A DNA stretch of 64,000 bases from a virus. The stretch spans positions 24,425 to 88,424 of IMG/VR virus record IMGVR_UViG_3300025919_000136; one strand, written 5' to 3'. Position 1 is the stretch's first letter. Every line of letters begins with the position of its first letter. Below, in pieces: positions 28,386 through 36,825 of the stretch. The notes under the pieces are model-generated. The model had not been told where the DNA came from, made no database searches, and saw nothing but the letters and a program-made list of their open reading frames with translations. The position numbers were made by a program, and so were the translations under genes.

Positions 28386-29213
28386 TCAATACCCTTTCAG
28401 TTGTTCCAGTCGCTGTGCGGCGAGCTCCAGCGGGATGCATTTCAGCTTGCCCGCCCCAGTTGCACTGGCAAGAAGATCGGCGCTAGAAAGGCCTCCAAAC
28501 CGCTCCAGTAGCACTATGTAGATCCCCACCCATCCTGGACCGTGGCCCGGCTCGGAGTCTTCATGGCGGCGGTTGATATTTTGTATTTTGTACTCCCAGC
28601 GCGTTTGGAAGATGTGGGCTAGCTCGTGGATGACAATCCACGGACATAGGTCGCGGGGCGTGGAGTAGCGGATCAGGTAGTCGCCGCGAGCGATGGAGGT
28701 TCGGGCGTTGCGCAGGAATTCGATACGCGGCGGAGCAATACCTAACTCACGACAGATGTGCGCTGTTAGCGCAGCTGTAGAAGCCTCGTCGAACTTGGTT
28801 GCCAGCGGAGTTGGCTTGATGGTTAACCGCTCCCAGGCGTAGGCCTTGGCGCGTTGCGAATCGCGGGCGAAGTAGAAGGATGATTTCGGTTCGAAGCCTT
28901 CGGGTTGCCACCCTATCGCCGTCCACCACAGGAACTTACCACAATTGGGGCACTTCTGGCAGAAGCGAGCGTAGTCGTCGGTGGAGTCATAGACCCGCTC
29001 CAGCCAATAGGTCAGCTGACCTTCGGGGTGCTTACAGCGGGTGCACCAGGTATAGGTGACGCGGCCTTGCACGCCACGCCGCAGAATCATGAGGCGCTTG
29101 ACCTCTGCGTAGGTTAGATCGCGGAAGTTTTCGCCAGGAGCCAAAATGGATTCGGTGGGTTTGCTCATTGGTATGAACCTTTCTTGAGACGGCTTGGAGT
29201 TCAACGACACCAA
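28386..29213 (-). CDS. SprT-like zinc metalloprotease with N-terminal Zn finger
   Basis: IHELAH...HGPGW; CTRC/CPNC. Confidence 0.75.
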   Translation of the reverse strand: MVSLNSKPSQERFIPMSKPTESILAPGENFRDLTYAEVKRLMILRRGVQGRVTYTWCTRCKHPEGQLTYWLERVYDSTDDYARFCQKCPNCGKFLWWTAIGWQPEGFEPKSSFYFARDSQRAKAYAWERLTIKPTPLATKFDEASTAALTAHICRELGIAPPRIEFLRNARTSIARGDYLIRYSTPRDLCPWIVIHELAHIFQTRWEYKIQNINRRHEDSEPGHGPGWVGIYIVLLERFGGLSSADLLASATGAGKLKCIPLELAAQRLEQLKGY

Positions 29214-29215
29214 TC

Positions 29216-29244
29216 ATTATAACTGATCGGTAGGGGTTTGGGGG
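29216..29244 (-). promoter_or_regulatory. phage-type promoter CCCCCA-N17-TATAAT
   Basis: Family consensus. Confidence 0.8.
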
Positions 29245-29410
29245 CCTTTTCTGGAAATATTTTCTAATATTTCTGGTTGGCCTTGAGCAGCCAGCGAATT
29301 GAAGCTATCCGACTTGTAGCCTCCATGCGGTTGGATCGGGTGATGCGGGCGTATTCCGCAGCGGTGGCAGCGTTGGAGTGGGCTAATGTTGAGTACTACC
29401 AGTTGGGTGC

Positions 29411-29800
29411 TTATGATATCCTCCGCCATATGTCTTTGGTTACATGGATGAACTGCTTGCCATCGATCTTCATTGGCCGTTGGTCCGTCGGTTCCCAAAC
29501 CGTGCAGCATTCCTCCTCGATGGCGGCATCCTGCCAGTTGCGAAGCAGTACGGTACAGCGGAGTTCCAGTTGGGTGTACTTGATTTGGAAGTCGGGGCCT
29601 TGGCCGGTCGTGTCGGTGATGGGGTAGGTGCGTACGATGTATTCGCGACCATCCCGCAGAATATCCCACAGCTTTTGCTGCATCGAAGAGTGCATATAAC
29701 CTTCGAAGCGAGTGCGATCATTGCCCTCGAAGGACATCTTTATGTCGAACCAACCAGTGCGTTTAATCATCTTCGATCGACTCCCCATGTTCCAGCTCAT
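29411..29800 (-). CDS. hypothetical protein
   Basis: Operon context. Confidence 0.55.
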   Translation of the reverse strand: MSWNMGSRSKMIKRTGWFDIKMSFEGNDRTRFEGYMHSSMQQKLWDILRDGREYIVRTYPITDTTGQGPDFQIKYTQLELRCTVLLRNWQDAAIEEECCTVWEPTDQRPMKIDGKQFIHVTKDIWRRIS

Positions 29801-30098
29801 CCTTGAACTTAGCCAGCCCTAGCATCAGCGCCCGGCACACTTCCTGTCCGCTATATGCCCCGGCGGAGATCCGGTCCAGAAAAGTGGGCTCCGGGATTCC
29901 GAGGGCCTCCGCCGTCCACATGGCCGCATCGAAGCCGTACCTTGGCAACGCCTGGACGATGGCTTTCTGGCGGATTGGGTCGTCCCAGTCGCGTACCTTG
30001 TTCAGTGCCACATAGAGGTTGTGTTGGGCTTCTGGCGGCCACTCCGCAAGTAAGGCCGTGGCCTCCACGAACTGCTTGATTTGAAGGTGGTTCATCAT
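29763..30098 (-). CDS. hypothetical protein
   Basis: ATGA overlap. Confidence 0.55.
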   Translation of the reverse strand: MMNHLQIKQFVEATALLAEWPPEAQHNLYVALNKVRDWDDPIRQKAIVQALPRYGFDAAMWTAEALGIPEPTFLDRISAGAYSGQEVCRALMLGLAKFKDELEHGESIEDD

Positions 30099-30337
30099 AT
30101 TATCATTCCAAGCGCGAAGTCGATGGATTCTTCATCGTGAATTGGGGCGGCTATGTCGAGCTCGGCCTCGTTCGGTTCGATGAGGGCTGGAGTGAATATA
30201 TAGCCCTTGCCCGCACCTAGGTCGGCCACGAAGACGATGTGCTCGCCCTGTGGTCCGACCATTGGTGTGGCTTGGGTGGTGCTATTGGCGACGAACCCAC
30301 GCTTGGTGAGTTCGACCATGATTTCGTTTGGGTTCAC
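30095..30337 (-). CDS. hypothetical protein
   Basis: GTGA overlap. Confidence 0.55.
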   Translation of the reverse strand: MNPNEIMVELTKRGFVANSTTQATPMVGPQGEHIVFVADLGAGKGYIFTPALIEPNEAELDIAAPIHDEESIDFALGMII

Positions 30338-30876
30338 GAATGCTCCGTTCTCCGCTTATTGGCGTTATATTCCTTCAGCTTCCGCGATTGTTCGGCGCGT
30401 TGTTCGGGCGTCCAGGGACGGGCGTATTTGCTGCGGGCTGTTTTCTGGAGCGAAGGCGGGGTCGTAGCCGGTTGGTTCAATTCCGTAATCAGCCTGTAGG
30501 TGCTGTCCAAGTGACGCTCCACTTCGTCGCGGTGGAGCATGTAAAGGCAGCCACGCAGCGATTTGAGTTCGGCGGTGTTCTCGGCAACGGCCTGCACTAA
30601 TTCAGCTTGGGCCTCCGCGTTCAGCACCATAGCGGCGGAGACGTCTTGCAGCTGCCGGAGCAGGGCCTGATGTTGGGTGGTTTGCTCGGCGCGAAGCTGA
30701 CGGTCAGCGGCTTGCTGCTGGTCGTCCAGGGCTTCGAGCAGGTTGCTTAGCTTGGCGGAGATGCCTTGCTGGGAGACCAGGTGGCGAATGGCTAGCTCAG
30801 CGATGCCGTTAGCATCGGAGACGTCTTCGCCAATTTGGTAGACGAGGTTGGGTCGGGGTGGATACTTGTTGCTCAT
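30334..30876 (-). CDS. coiled-coil hypothetical protein
   Basis: ATGA overlap; WTPEQRAEQS tail. Confidence 0.6.
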   Translation of the reverse strand: MSNKYPPRPNLVYQIGEDVSDANGIAELAIRHLVSQQGISAKLSNLLEALDDQQQAADRQLRAEQTTQHQALLRQLQDVSAAMVLNAEAQAELVQAVAENTAELKSLRGCLYMLHRDEVERHLDSTYRLITELNQPATTPPSLQKTARSKYARPWTPEQRAEQSRKLKEYNANKRRTEHS

Positions 30877-31085
30877 GATCTAGGATACCCCTCAGACTCG
30901 TCGTCCGAGGTGCCCAGAGTCCACTCTATGGGGTCTAGCTCTGCGGCGTGCTTGGCTACTGCCACTAGTAGCTGCTCGTCCTGCTCGTCCATCAGTTCGG
31001 CCAGGTCTAGGAATTCCTGCTTGGTCAGCTTCTGCTTCAACGTCTCTACTGTCTGTTCTACAGTTGCCATGGTAGGCTCCTTCAT
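30873..31085 (-). CDS. small acidic protein
   Basis: AAGGAG RBS. Confidence 0.55.
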   Translation of the reverse strand: MKEPTMATVEQTVETLKQKLTKQEFLDLAELMDEQDEQLLVAVAKHAAELDPIEWTLGTSDDESEGYPRS

Positions 31086-31319
31086 GTTTAAATGGCTCTA
31101 TACGGTCGATCGTAATGGAGGTAACTTAGCGGTCCTTCCGGCCACGGTTGAAGCGAATCTCGTCGATGATTGCATCTCGCGCATCGATGATCCGGCAGAC
31201 CAGATGATGGGTCGCACCGAGAATGAGGAGCATTATGAGAACGCTCATCGCGCAGATACAATTGATGATGCTGTCCATGTCGTTGGTTCCTTTTGGGATC
31301 GGGGAGCTGGGCAACGGCC

Positions 31320-31649
31320 CTACTCGCCTAGAATGCTGTCTCTAAGAGTTTGCAGACTCTCGTCTCGCTCCTTATCTAGTTGTGCCTGCAAGACTGCTCC
31401 GTCCGGGGTATGATCCGGGTGAACGCTCAGGTAGACTCTGACTTCTTCTCCCTTCTTGTTGGCGAAGTAAAGCCTGCCGGTCGCAGTGGACTGAACCGAT
31501 AGACCACGGCGTGCTTGTGTCGCTGCTTGGTCGTAGGTTTTACAGTGGGTCATTCCGCCCACCGTCTTGACGTCTTTTGTATTGCGGTGGTGATAGCAGT
31601 TGGTTTTCATGATTTTCCATGGCGCTCCGGGGAGGGGCCACTCACGCAC
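31320..31649 (-). CDS. hypothetical protein
   Basis: Operon context. Confidence 0.5.
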   Translation of the reverse strand: MREWPLPGAPWKIMKTNCYHHRNTKDVKTVGGMTHCKTYDQAATQARRGLSVQSTATGRLYFANKKGEEVRVYLSVHPDHTPDGAVLQAQLDKERDESLQTLRDSILGE

Positions 31650-31663
31650 CCCCCTATAGCACG

Positions 31664-32686
31664 CTAGCTAGCGGCCTCCGCGAAGAACTGATCCAACGCC
31701 CGCCCACTCAGCGAACAACCCATTAGCAACTCCGGAGCAATGTGGCCTTCGTACCGCATGGGATGGCGGCGGGATTTCTTGGTGGGTTTGGGTGTGGGAG
31801 CACATTGAATGGCAGGCTTTGCGGCACGCCCACGCGGAGCATCCGTCCCAGAAGAGGGGCCATCTACGTTCAGCTTCGCCACAACCTGATGGCGAATCTC
31901 TACACGATCCGGCGCACGCTCGTAGACTGGATAGGAATTCAATACATTCTGGACTTCCTGCTGGATCTCGGCTTCGGTTGGGGCCAACGGCAACGGATCG
32001 CTTAGATCGATCGCCGGGACTTCCACGGCCACCGCCCCACCATGCTGCGGGTGGGGCAAGCCGTAGTGCTCGGCGCAGACCGGGCCGTAGCCAACTTCCA
32101 CGGAACCTTCCTCTTCCAGCGTCCGACTGCAGAAGCAACAGGCCCCTAGCAGCTTGCCATACTCGGCGGCAACTTGTACCGGGTTGGCGGCGAACCGCAG
32201 CACTACTTCGCGAATGGCAGGAGTCATGGACTTGCCCTCCACCAGACGGCCATCAGGGTCGATGCGCCCGAACCAGGTACGGTCTTCGTATGAACCGGAC
32301 GAGACAACCGAGAGGGATTGTGGGTGCTTGCTAGCCGAAGTATTCGGCAAGATGCGGAAGTCTACAACCTCCCCGGACGGGGTGGTGGCTTGCAGCCGAA
32401 CCTTGGGTCGCTTGAGTGCTTTGGCAGCCACCGCAAATAACTCGTAGATTTTGGCGACTTCGCCAACGGAAATGGGGGTGGACTTGGCGGCATCCATGGC
32501 CAGCTTGTGTACCCACCACCATTGTTCGCTGCTCAGTTGGCCCTTAGAGGTGAAGTCCGCGACCAACTTCGCGGCGAAGGAGTCGGGTTTACCTTCGGCC
32601 AACCCTACCAACGCTTCCATAGCTTCCCGGTACGTAAACGGCGATTCCAACGTTCCCCGCTTGCCTGCTACACGATTCCGAATCAT
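31664..32686 (-). CDS. DUF6011-domain protein
   Basis: CCFCSRTLEEEGSVEVGYGPVCAEH; AAGGAGG RBS. Confidence 0.75.
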   Translation of the reverse strand: MIRNRVAGKRGTLESPFTYREAMEALVGLAEGKPDSFAAKLVADFTSKGQLSSEQWWWVHKLAMDAAKSTPISVGEVAKIYELFAVAAKALKRPKVRLQATTPSGEVVDFRILPNTSASKHPQSLSVVSSGSYEDRTWFGRIDPDGRLVEGKSMTPAIREVVLRFAANPVQVAAEYGKLLGACCFCSRTLEEEGSVEVGYGPVCAEHYGLPHPQHGGAVAVEVPAIDLSDPLPLAPTEAEIQQEVQNVLNSYPVYERAPDRVEIRHQVVAKLNVDGPSSGTDAPRGRAAKPAIQCAPTPKPTKKSRRHPMRYEGHIAPELLMGCSLSGRALDQFFAEAAS

Positions 32687-32716
32687 ATCACGACCTCCTT
32701 GACTGACTTACCATTA

Positions 32717-32745
32717 AGTATAACTCATCAGAGAAGGTTTGGGGG
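32717..32745 (-). promoter_or_regulatory. phage-type promoter CCCCCA-N17-TATACT
   Basis: Family consensus. Confidence 0.8.
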
Positions 32746-32798
32746 CCTTTTTATCGAAAATAATTTAATTATTTTCCAAGAGATTTGGGAGCGTGGCC

Positions 32799-33344
32799 CT
32801 ACTGGTCCGCCTGACGAAGGCGACCTTGGCGCTTCTGAGCAGGGTTGCTCCATGCGGAATGGGCCGTATGCTTCGGACCGAAAACACCCACTTCGGTGGC
32901 TGTCCCAACTTCAGGAAAGTCGCTGCGGTCCAAGTCGTGGGAAGCAAGCGGCTTGCGCAAGCATCCACAGGACTTCGCCACGCCTTGGATCATTTTTCCA
33001 ACTGCAACCCTGGCGGTATTACCACAGTCACATTGACAGAGCCACATGGTGCTCTGGTTACCTGACTTTGAGATTCGCTTGCCGTCGTAGCGCACCGCCG
33101 TCAGCAGACCACTCCGAAGGCCGGTGATATCTTTGCGTTGGCATTGGGGTAGAGTGCTCTTGTAGCAACCGCTCATGCCGCAGGACTTCACCCGACCAAG
33201 GCGCAAGTTTTGGGAGACTTGGGTCGTAATACGACCGCAATCACAGCGACAAATCCAATGGGCTCCGCCACGATTATTCGAAGTCTGCTCGATGGCAACC
33301 AGTCTTCCAAATCGCTGCCCGGCAAGGTTAATGGCTTTTGGCAT
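32799..33344 (-). CDS. homing-endonuclease-type DNA-binding repeat protein, no visible nuclease domain
   Basis: Two units of (D/N)(L/I)xGxRxGxL...W.C.CDCG...KSCG. Confidence 0.7.
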   Translation of the reverse strand: MPKAINLAGQRFGRLVAIEQTSNNRGGAHWICRCDCGRITTQVSQNLRLGRVKSCGMSGCYKSTLPQCQRKDITGLRSGLLTAVRYDGKRISKSGNQSTMWLCQCDCGNTARVAVGKMIQGVAKSCGCLRKPLASHDLDRSDFPEVGTATEVGVFGPKHTAHSAWSNPAQKRQGRLRQADQ

Positions 33345-33378
33345 ATTCGTTCCTTTTGGTTTTAACGACTTACCTTAT

Positions 33379-33407
33379 ATTATGACTGATTGGGATGGGT
33401 TTGGGGG
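33379..33407 (-). promoter_or_regulatory. phage-type promoter CCCCCA-N17-CATAAT
   Basis: Family consensus. Confidence 0.8.
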
Positions 33408-33737
33408 ACTTTCAGAAAATATTCTCAACTATTTTTCCAACGAAAAGGGGCAGGGGCCGAAGCCCCCGCCCCCAAAGCACCACGCCAACTAAACATTGCG
33501 GGCAACGGCTTCGCCCATTTCTTCGTGAAACCACTCGGCCATCGCCGGGATTTCGAGCAACCGGGCAACCTCTTCGAGGATCACGATTTGATTTTCCTCA
33601 CCTTCGCACAGATTCGGCTTCGCGCGCAAGGTTTGCGCCTTTTCGCGGCAGGCCAGGATGACCAATTCGGTGGTTCGGGTTTCGACGATCATGGATTTCT
33701 CCCAGAAAACCGGCGCTACATTCTGCCGGCACCAAAC

Positions 33738-33766
33738 AGTATAACCGATCGGGACGGGTTTGAGTG
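33738..33766 (-). promoter_or_regulatory. phage-type promoter CACTCA-N17-TATACT
   Basis: Family consensus; drives the small ORF MIVETRTT (about 33692-33489). Confidence 0.8.
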
Positions 33767-33840
33767 GGTTTTGGAGAAGTATTTTGGAAAATATTTTCGG
33801 AGCAATGAGGGGAGCGCCTGAAAGCGCTCCCCACTCCCCA

Positions 33841-34098
33841 CTAGAACGTTTGCTCAATCCCTGTAGGCTGCCAGTAGGATTCGTCCTTGCCTCCGCCACC
33901 GTTGGCAGAGTCGTCATGCTCCGGACGGATTACCAAACCGAGAACTTCGGGATTGTTCGGCTGGGCTACCACCATCAACCCTGTTACCGAATTCTCCTCG
34001 GGCGTCCACCACTGGCAAGGAACGCCCACGAGAACGGGCGTGTCCTCAGGAATCGGGAGTTCCTGCAGGGCCTTTACGAATTGCTTCAACGTAATCAT
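33841..34098 (-). CDS. hypothetical early protein
   Basis: Likely start MITLKQ after AAGGAG. Confidence 0.6.
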   Translation of the reverse strand: MITLKQFVKALQELPIPEDTPVLVGVPCQWWTPEENSVTGLMVVAQPNNPEVLGLVIRPEHDDSANGGGGKDESYWQPTGIEQTF

Positions 34099-34138
34099 TC
34101 TGTCTCCTTTGAACGGCTTGAATTGAACAACAAGCATC

Positions 34139-34167
34139 AGTATAACCGATCGCGCAGCGTTTGGGAC
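34139..34167 (-). promoter_or_regulatory. phage-type promoter GTCCCA-N17-TATACT
   Basis: Family consensus. Confidence 0.7.
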
Positions 34168-34391
34168 ATAAGCCCTTACGTCGAATTTGGGAATTTTCCA
34201 AAGTATTTTTCTTGACCTATATTCTGGAGCGAGCACCCCCCAAACTGCTCGCTATTCGCGGAGCATCCTGCCCAGAGGATGGCCCAACCATTTAAAGCGG
34301 TCTAGCAGCCGGTTTAAAGCGACTTTATAGCAGTAGGCCTTAGTGGTCCGGGGGCGCGAAAATCGTTTTTACGGCTCTATACGTCAAAAGG

Positions 34392-34625
34392 TTACTCCGT
34401 GTAGTCATCCACGATCGCTTGGATTTCGAAGGTTTGGAGTGGCGCAGCCAAGGTTAGCGAACAGATGCTCAAGTGGAAGGTAAGCGAGTCGTGGTCCTGG
34501 TGTTCGCGGGAGAGGCATTCCAGTTGAGTCTCGGCATTGTTATCGTGGTTATACTTTCCCACCAACACCTGCTCGCCAGAGCCATTGAACGAATAGTAGA
34601 TCAAGTTGCCTTCGCGAATGAACAT
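34392..34625 (-). CDS. hypothetical protein
   Basis: TAATG overlap. Confidence 0.55.
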   Translation of the reverse strand: MFIREGNLIYYSFNGSGEQVLVGKYNHDNNAETQLECLSREHQDHDSLTFHLSICSLTLAAPLQTFEIQAIVDDYTE

Positions 34626-34831
34626 TAGTCCTCTTCGTCCCCTTCCCGCTTCACGGTGCGATCGATCGAAATCACGACCGTGGCTCCAGCGGCATCCTCA
34701 ACCCTCAACCAATTGCGGCCAATGGTTCGCACGATGCCGCGTTGCGGGGTGGTGTTGCCATGTCCGTTTTCGTACTGCACGATGTCGTACTCGTTGAAGT
34801 CGGCGGCTGTGGGTATAGCGGTGGATTTCAT
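34625..34831 (-). CDS. small SH3/KOW-like protein
   Basis: AAGGA RBS; DIV...RGIV..IG..WLRV. Confidence 0.55.
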   Translation of the reverse strand: MKSTAIPTAADFNEYDIVQYENGHGNTTPQRGIVRTIGRNWLRVEDAAGATVVISIDRTVKREGDEED

Positions 34832-35022
34832 ATTTGTCCTTTAGCGGAACCGAATGACGTCTGCAATGTGCAGCGCACGTTCGGTGTCGGTCATGTGCGG
34901 GTGGCGGAAGGCGTAGGTCATCTCGGCTACGAAGAAGAATGCTGCTAGAGTCCAAAGTAGGTAAATGGCAGCCTTCCACAGCTTGATCTCGGTTTGGATG
35001 TCTATCCTTGGCTTTTTCATGG

Positions 35023-35421
35023 TCATCCTGAAGAATCTACTCGGTTCGACACGCCGCACTTCGAGCAGGTATTCGTGTGGTCGAACATAGCATGGGTGAC
35101 CGTCGTCCAGATGTGCTCGCAGCCAATGTAGAAGTAGCGCGTATGCTCGTTCTGGTTGCGTGGACGCATGCGGCCTACCGCCCACTGGTCGAACCAGACG
35201 ATGTCGAGCGCACGGAAGGACAAGCCTTGGTCCCCCTCAAAGTTCATCAGTTGGCGGTGCTCTTCGAAGCGGGACTGCGGATAGATTCGGCCGTAGTACT
35301 CGTGCTCCGAGATCTCGACCATTGGTTGCGGTGGTCGGTTGTGGTTGCCAAACTCTTGCAGCCAAGGCCGATCGACGAATTCGATTTCGGGCGTCTGGCA
35401 CCAGACCAAGCGGTAGCTCAT
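35023..35421 (-). CDS. hypothetical protein with C-terminal Zn finger
   Basis: GCEH...CSKCG. Confidence 0.6.
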   Translation of the reverse strand: MSYRLVWCQTPEIEFVDRPWLQEFGNHNRPPQPMVEISEHEYYGRIYPQSRFEEHRQLMNFEGDQGLSFRALDIVWFDQWAVGRMRPRNQNEHTRYFYIGCEHIWTTVTHAMFDHTNTCSKCGVSNRVDSSG

Positions 35422-35639
35422 TTAATCTCCTGCAGCCCGGACAGCTTCCCCTCTGGAGAAATGGTTAGCTTCCTATACTCGCCATACTTCAGCCCCATCC
35501 AACCGCCACCAGCGCGCGACTCCAGGCGAACGTAGCGCTCGTTCAGCTTCAGCCGCTTGTTAGCCTTATATAAGTGGTTGTTCTGGCCGACGGTCCAACC
35601 TTTGGACTTGGCCCAGTCTACCAGTGCTTGCTTGGTCAT
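35418..35639 (-). CDS. small early protein, paralog of 27246-27476
   Basis: MTKQALVDW...RLKL...GW...Y..L.I...KLSG. Confidence 0.6.
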   Translation of the reverse strand: MTKQALVDWAKSKGWTVGQNNHLYKANKRLKLNERYVRLESRAGGGWMGLKYGEYRKLTISPEGKLSGLQEIK

Positions 35640-35869
35640 TCACGCCCCCATACGGCTTCGTCGATTTCTTCCTTATCCTCGACCGGTTGCGGCGTGTTGG
35701 TGCTCTCTTCCTCCGCAAAGTAGGTCACGAAGATGTATGGCTCCCCGTCCATTTCGACCAACACTACAACATCACCTTCGTCGTTGGAAAGTACTTGGGC
35801 GGTGGAACCGTCGGTGGTGGGCGTGAAGCCCAAAGTGGAGAGATGAAATGCTGCTTCGGAGACTTTCAT
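35636..35869 (-). CDS. small acidic protein
   Basis: Likely start MKVSEAAF after TAAGGA. Confidence 0.6.
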   Translation of the reverse strand: MKVSEAAFHLSTLGFTPTTDGSTAQVLSNDEGDVVVLVEMDGEPYIFVTYFAEEESTNTPQPVEDKEEIDEAVWGRE

Positions 35870-35891
35870 TGGATTCCTTAAGATAGAGGTA

Positions 35892-36168
35892 GCAAGGCTG
35901 GTTGAGCTACTGACGATCATCGCACTACGCTGCAGCGCGTAGGCTCCCGAGGTTCGCTCTCAGTCGGGTTATCAGCAAGTCGAACACTGCATGTATACGA
36001 CAGCGGCAGCAAACTTGCTCTCGCCGGACCATGCCGACTCTCCACGGAACCAGCCTTGCCCCATGCAAGCAAACCAGGAGGCAGGACTCAACTACCTAGC
36101 GGGATAGCTGGGGTACAATCGCGAAGTCTTACGACCGTGCCATACGTCCCGAATTGTTCCTGGTTGCT
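35892..36168 (-). ncRNA. candidate structured non-coding RNA(s)
   Basis: Perfect 12-bp closing helix 35892-35903/36048-36059 around several hairpins; second domain closed by GCAACCAGGA/TCCTGGTTTGC. Confidence 0.5.
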
Positions 36169-36169
36169 C

Positions 36170-36246
36170 TGGGAACTCCGATCGGGCTCGAACCGATACT
36201 GTAGCCGAATTACTCGGGTGCCTCTGCCAGTTGGGCTACGAAGTTC
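36170..36246 (-). tRNA. tRNA-like RNA with non-canonical anticodon arm
   Basis: Acceptor AACTTCG/CGGAGTT, TA-GCCC D-arm with GG, T-arm ATCGG-TTCGAGC-CCGAT, C+CCA end; anticodon arm does not pair in the standard register. Confidence 0.7.
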
Positions 36247-36274
36247 TTAGGAGCCACAGCAGGCTCCACCGTAT

Positions 36275-36303
36275 ATTATGCCCCAAGCGAACAGCTTTGG
36301 GGG
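36275..36303 (-). promoter_or_regulatory. phage-type promoter CCCCCA-N17-CATAAT (leftward, drives the RNA locus)
   Basis: Family consensus. Confidence 0.8.
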
Positions 36304-36363
36304 CCGTTTTCTCTTGTATACGAAAATAACTGGGTAGTTATTTTGATAGGACCCTGCCAGAAC

Positions 36364-36392
36364 CGCTCAGGATCCGCTAATTAAGGCATACT
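36364..36392 (+). promoter_or_regulatory. phage-type promoter CGCTCA-N17-CATACT (rightward)
   Basis: Family consensus at the strand-switch point. Confidence 0.65.
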
Positions 36393-36447
36393 TGCTGCGG
36401 TAGCGAGAACCGCACCGAGCCCCTAACCAGCCCAGGAAACTGTTGGC

Positions 36448-36825
36448 ATGGAATACAGCAACGACACTATCACATACTGGGAATGTCCAGTATGCTTGCG
36501 GCAAATAGACTCTTGGGAATTCGATGTTCACCTCTTCCGTCACTTAGCGGAGGACACCCCAACTACTAACGGCAACGGACATTGTGGGCACGACCACGGA
36601 ACCTTAGTAGCTGCAGCTATAGATTTGCTAGGGGCGGGCGCTACGAATGGCTTCGGCGTGGTGGAAGTTGGTGATCCCGGACTGGAAGAGTTCCTGACGA
36701 AGCAAGAGGCGGAACTGATGGAGTTCGACGTCTGGTTGAGTTGCGAACAGTTACGACGCTACCGCATCTACTGGGAGCGACACTACAGGAAATACCGAGC
36801 CGAGGAAGATGGAGGGGATGATTAG
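36448..36825 (+). CDS. C2H2-like Zn-finger hypothetical protein
   Basis: CPVC...H...H. Confidence 0.6.
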   Translation: MEYSNDTITYWECPVCLRQIDSWEFDVHLFRHLAEDTPTTNGNGHCGHDHGTLVAAAIDLLGAGATNGFGVVEVGDPGLEEFLTKQEAELMEFDVWLSCEQLRRYRIYWERHYRKYRAEEDGGDD

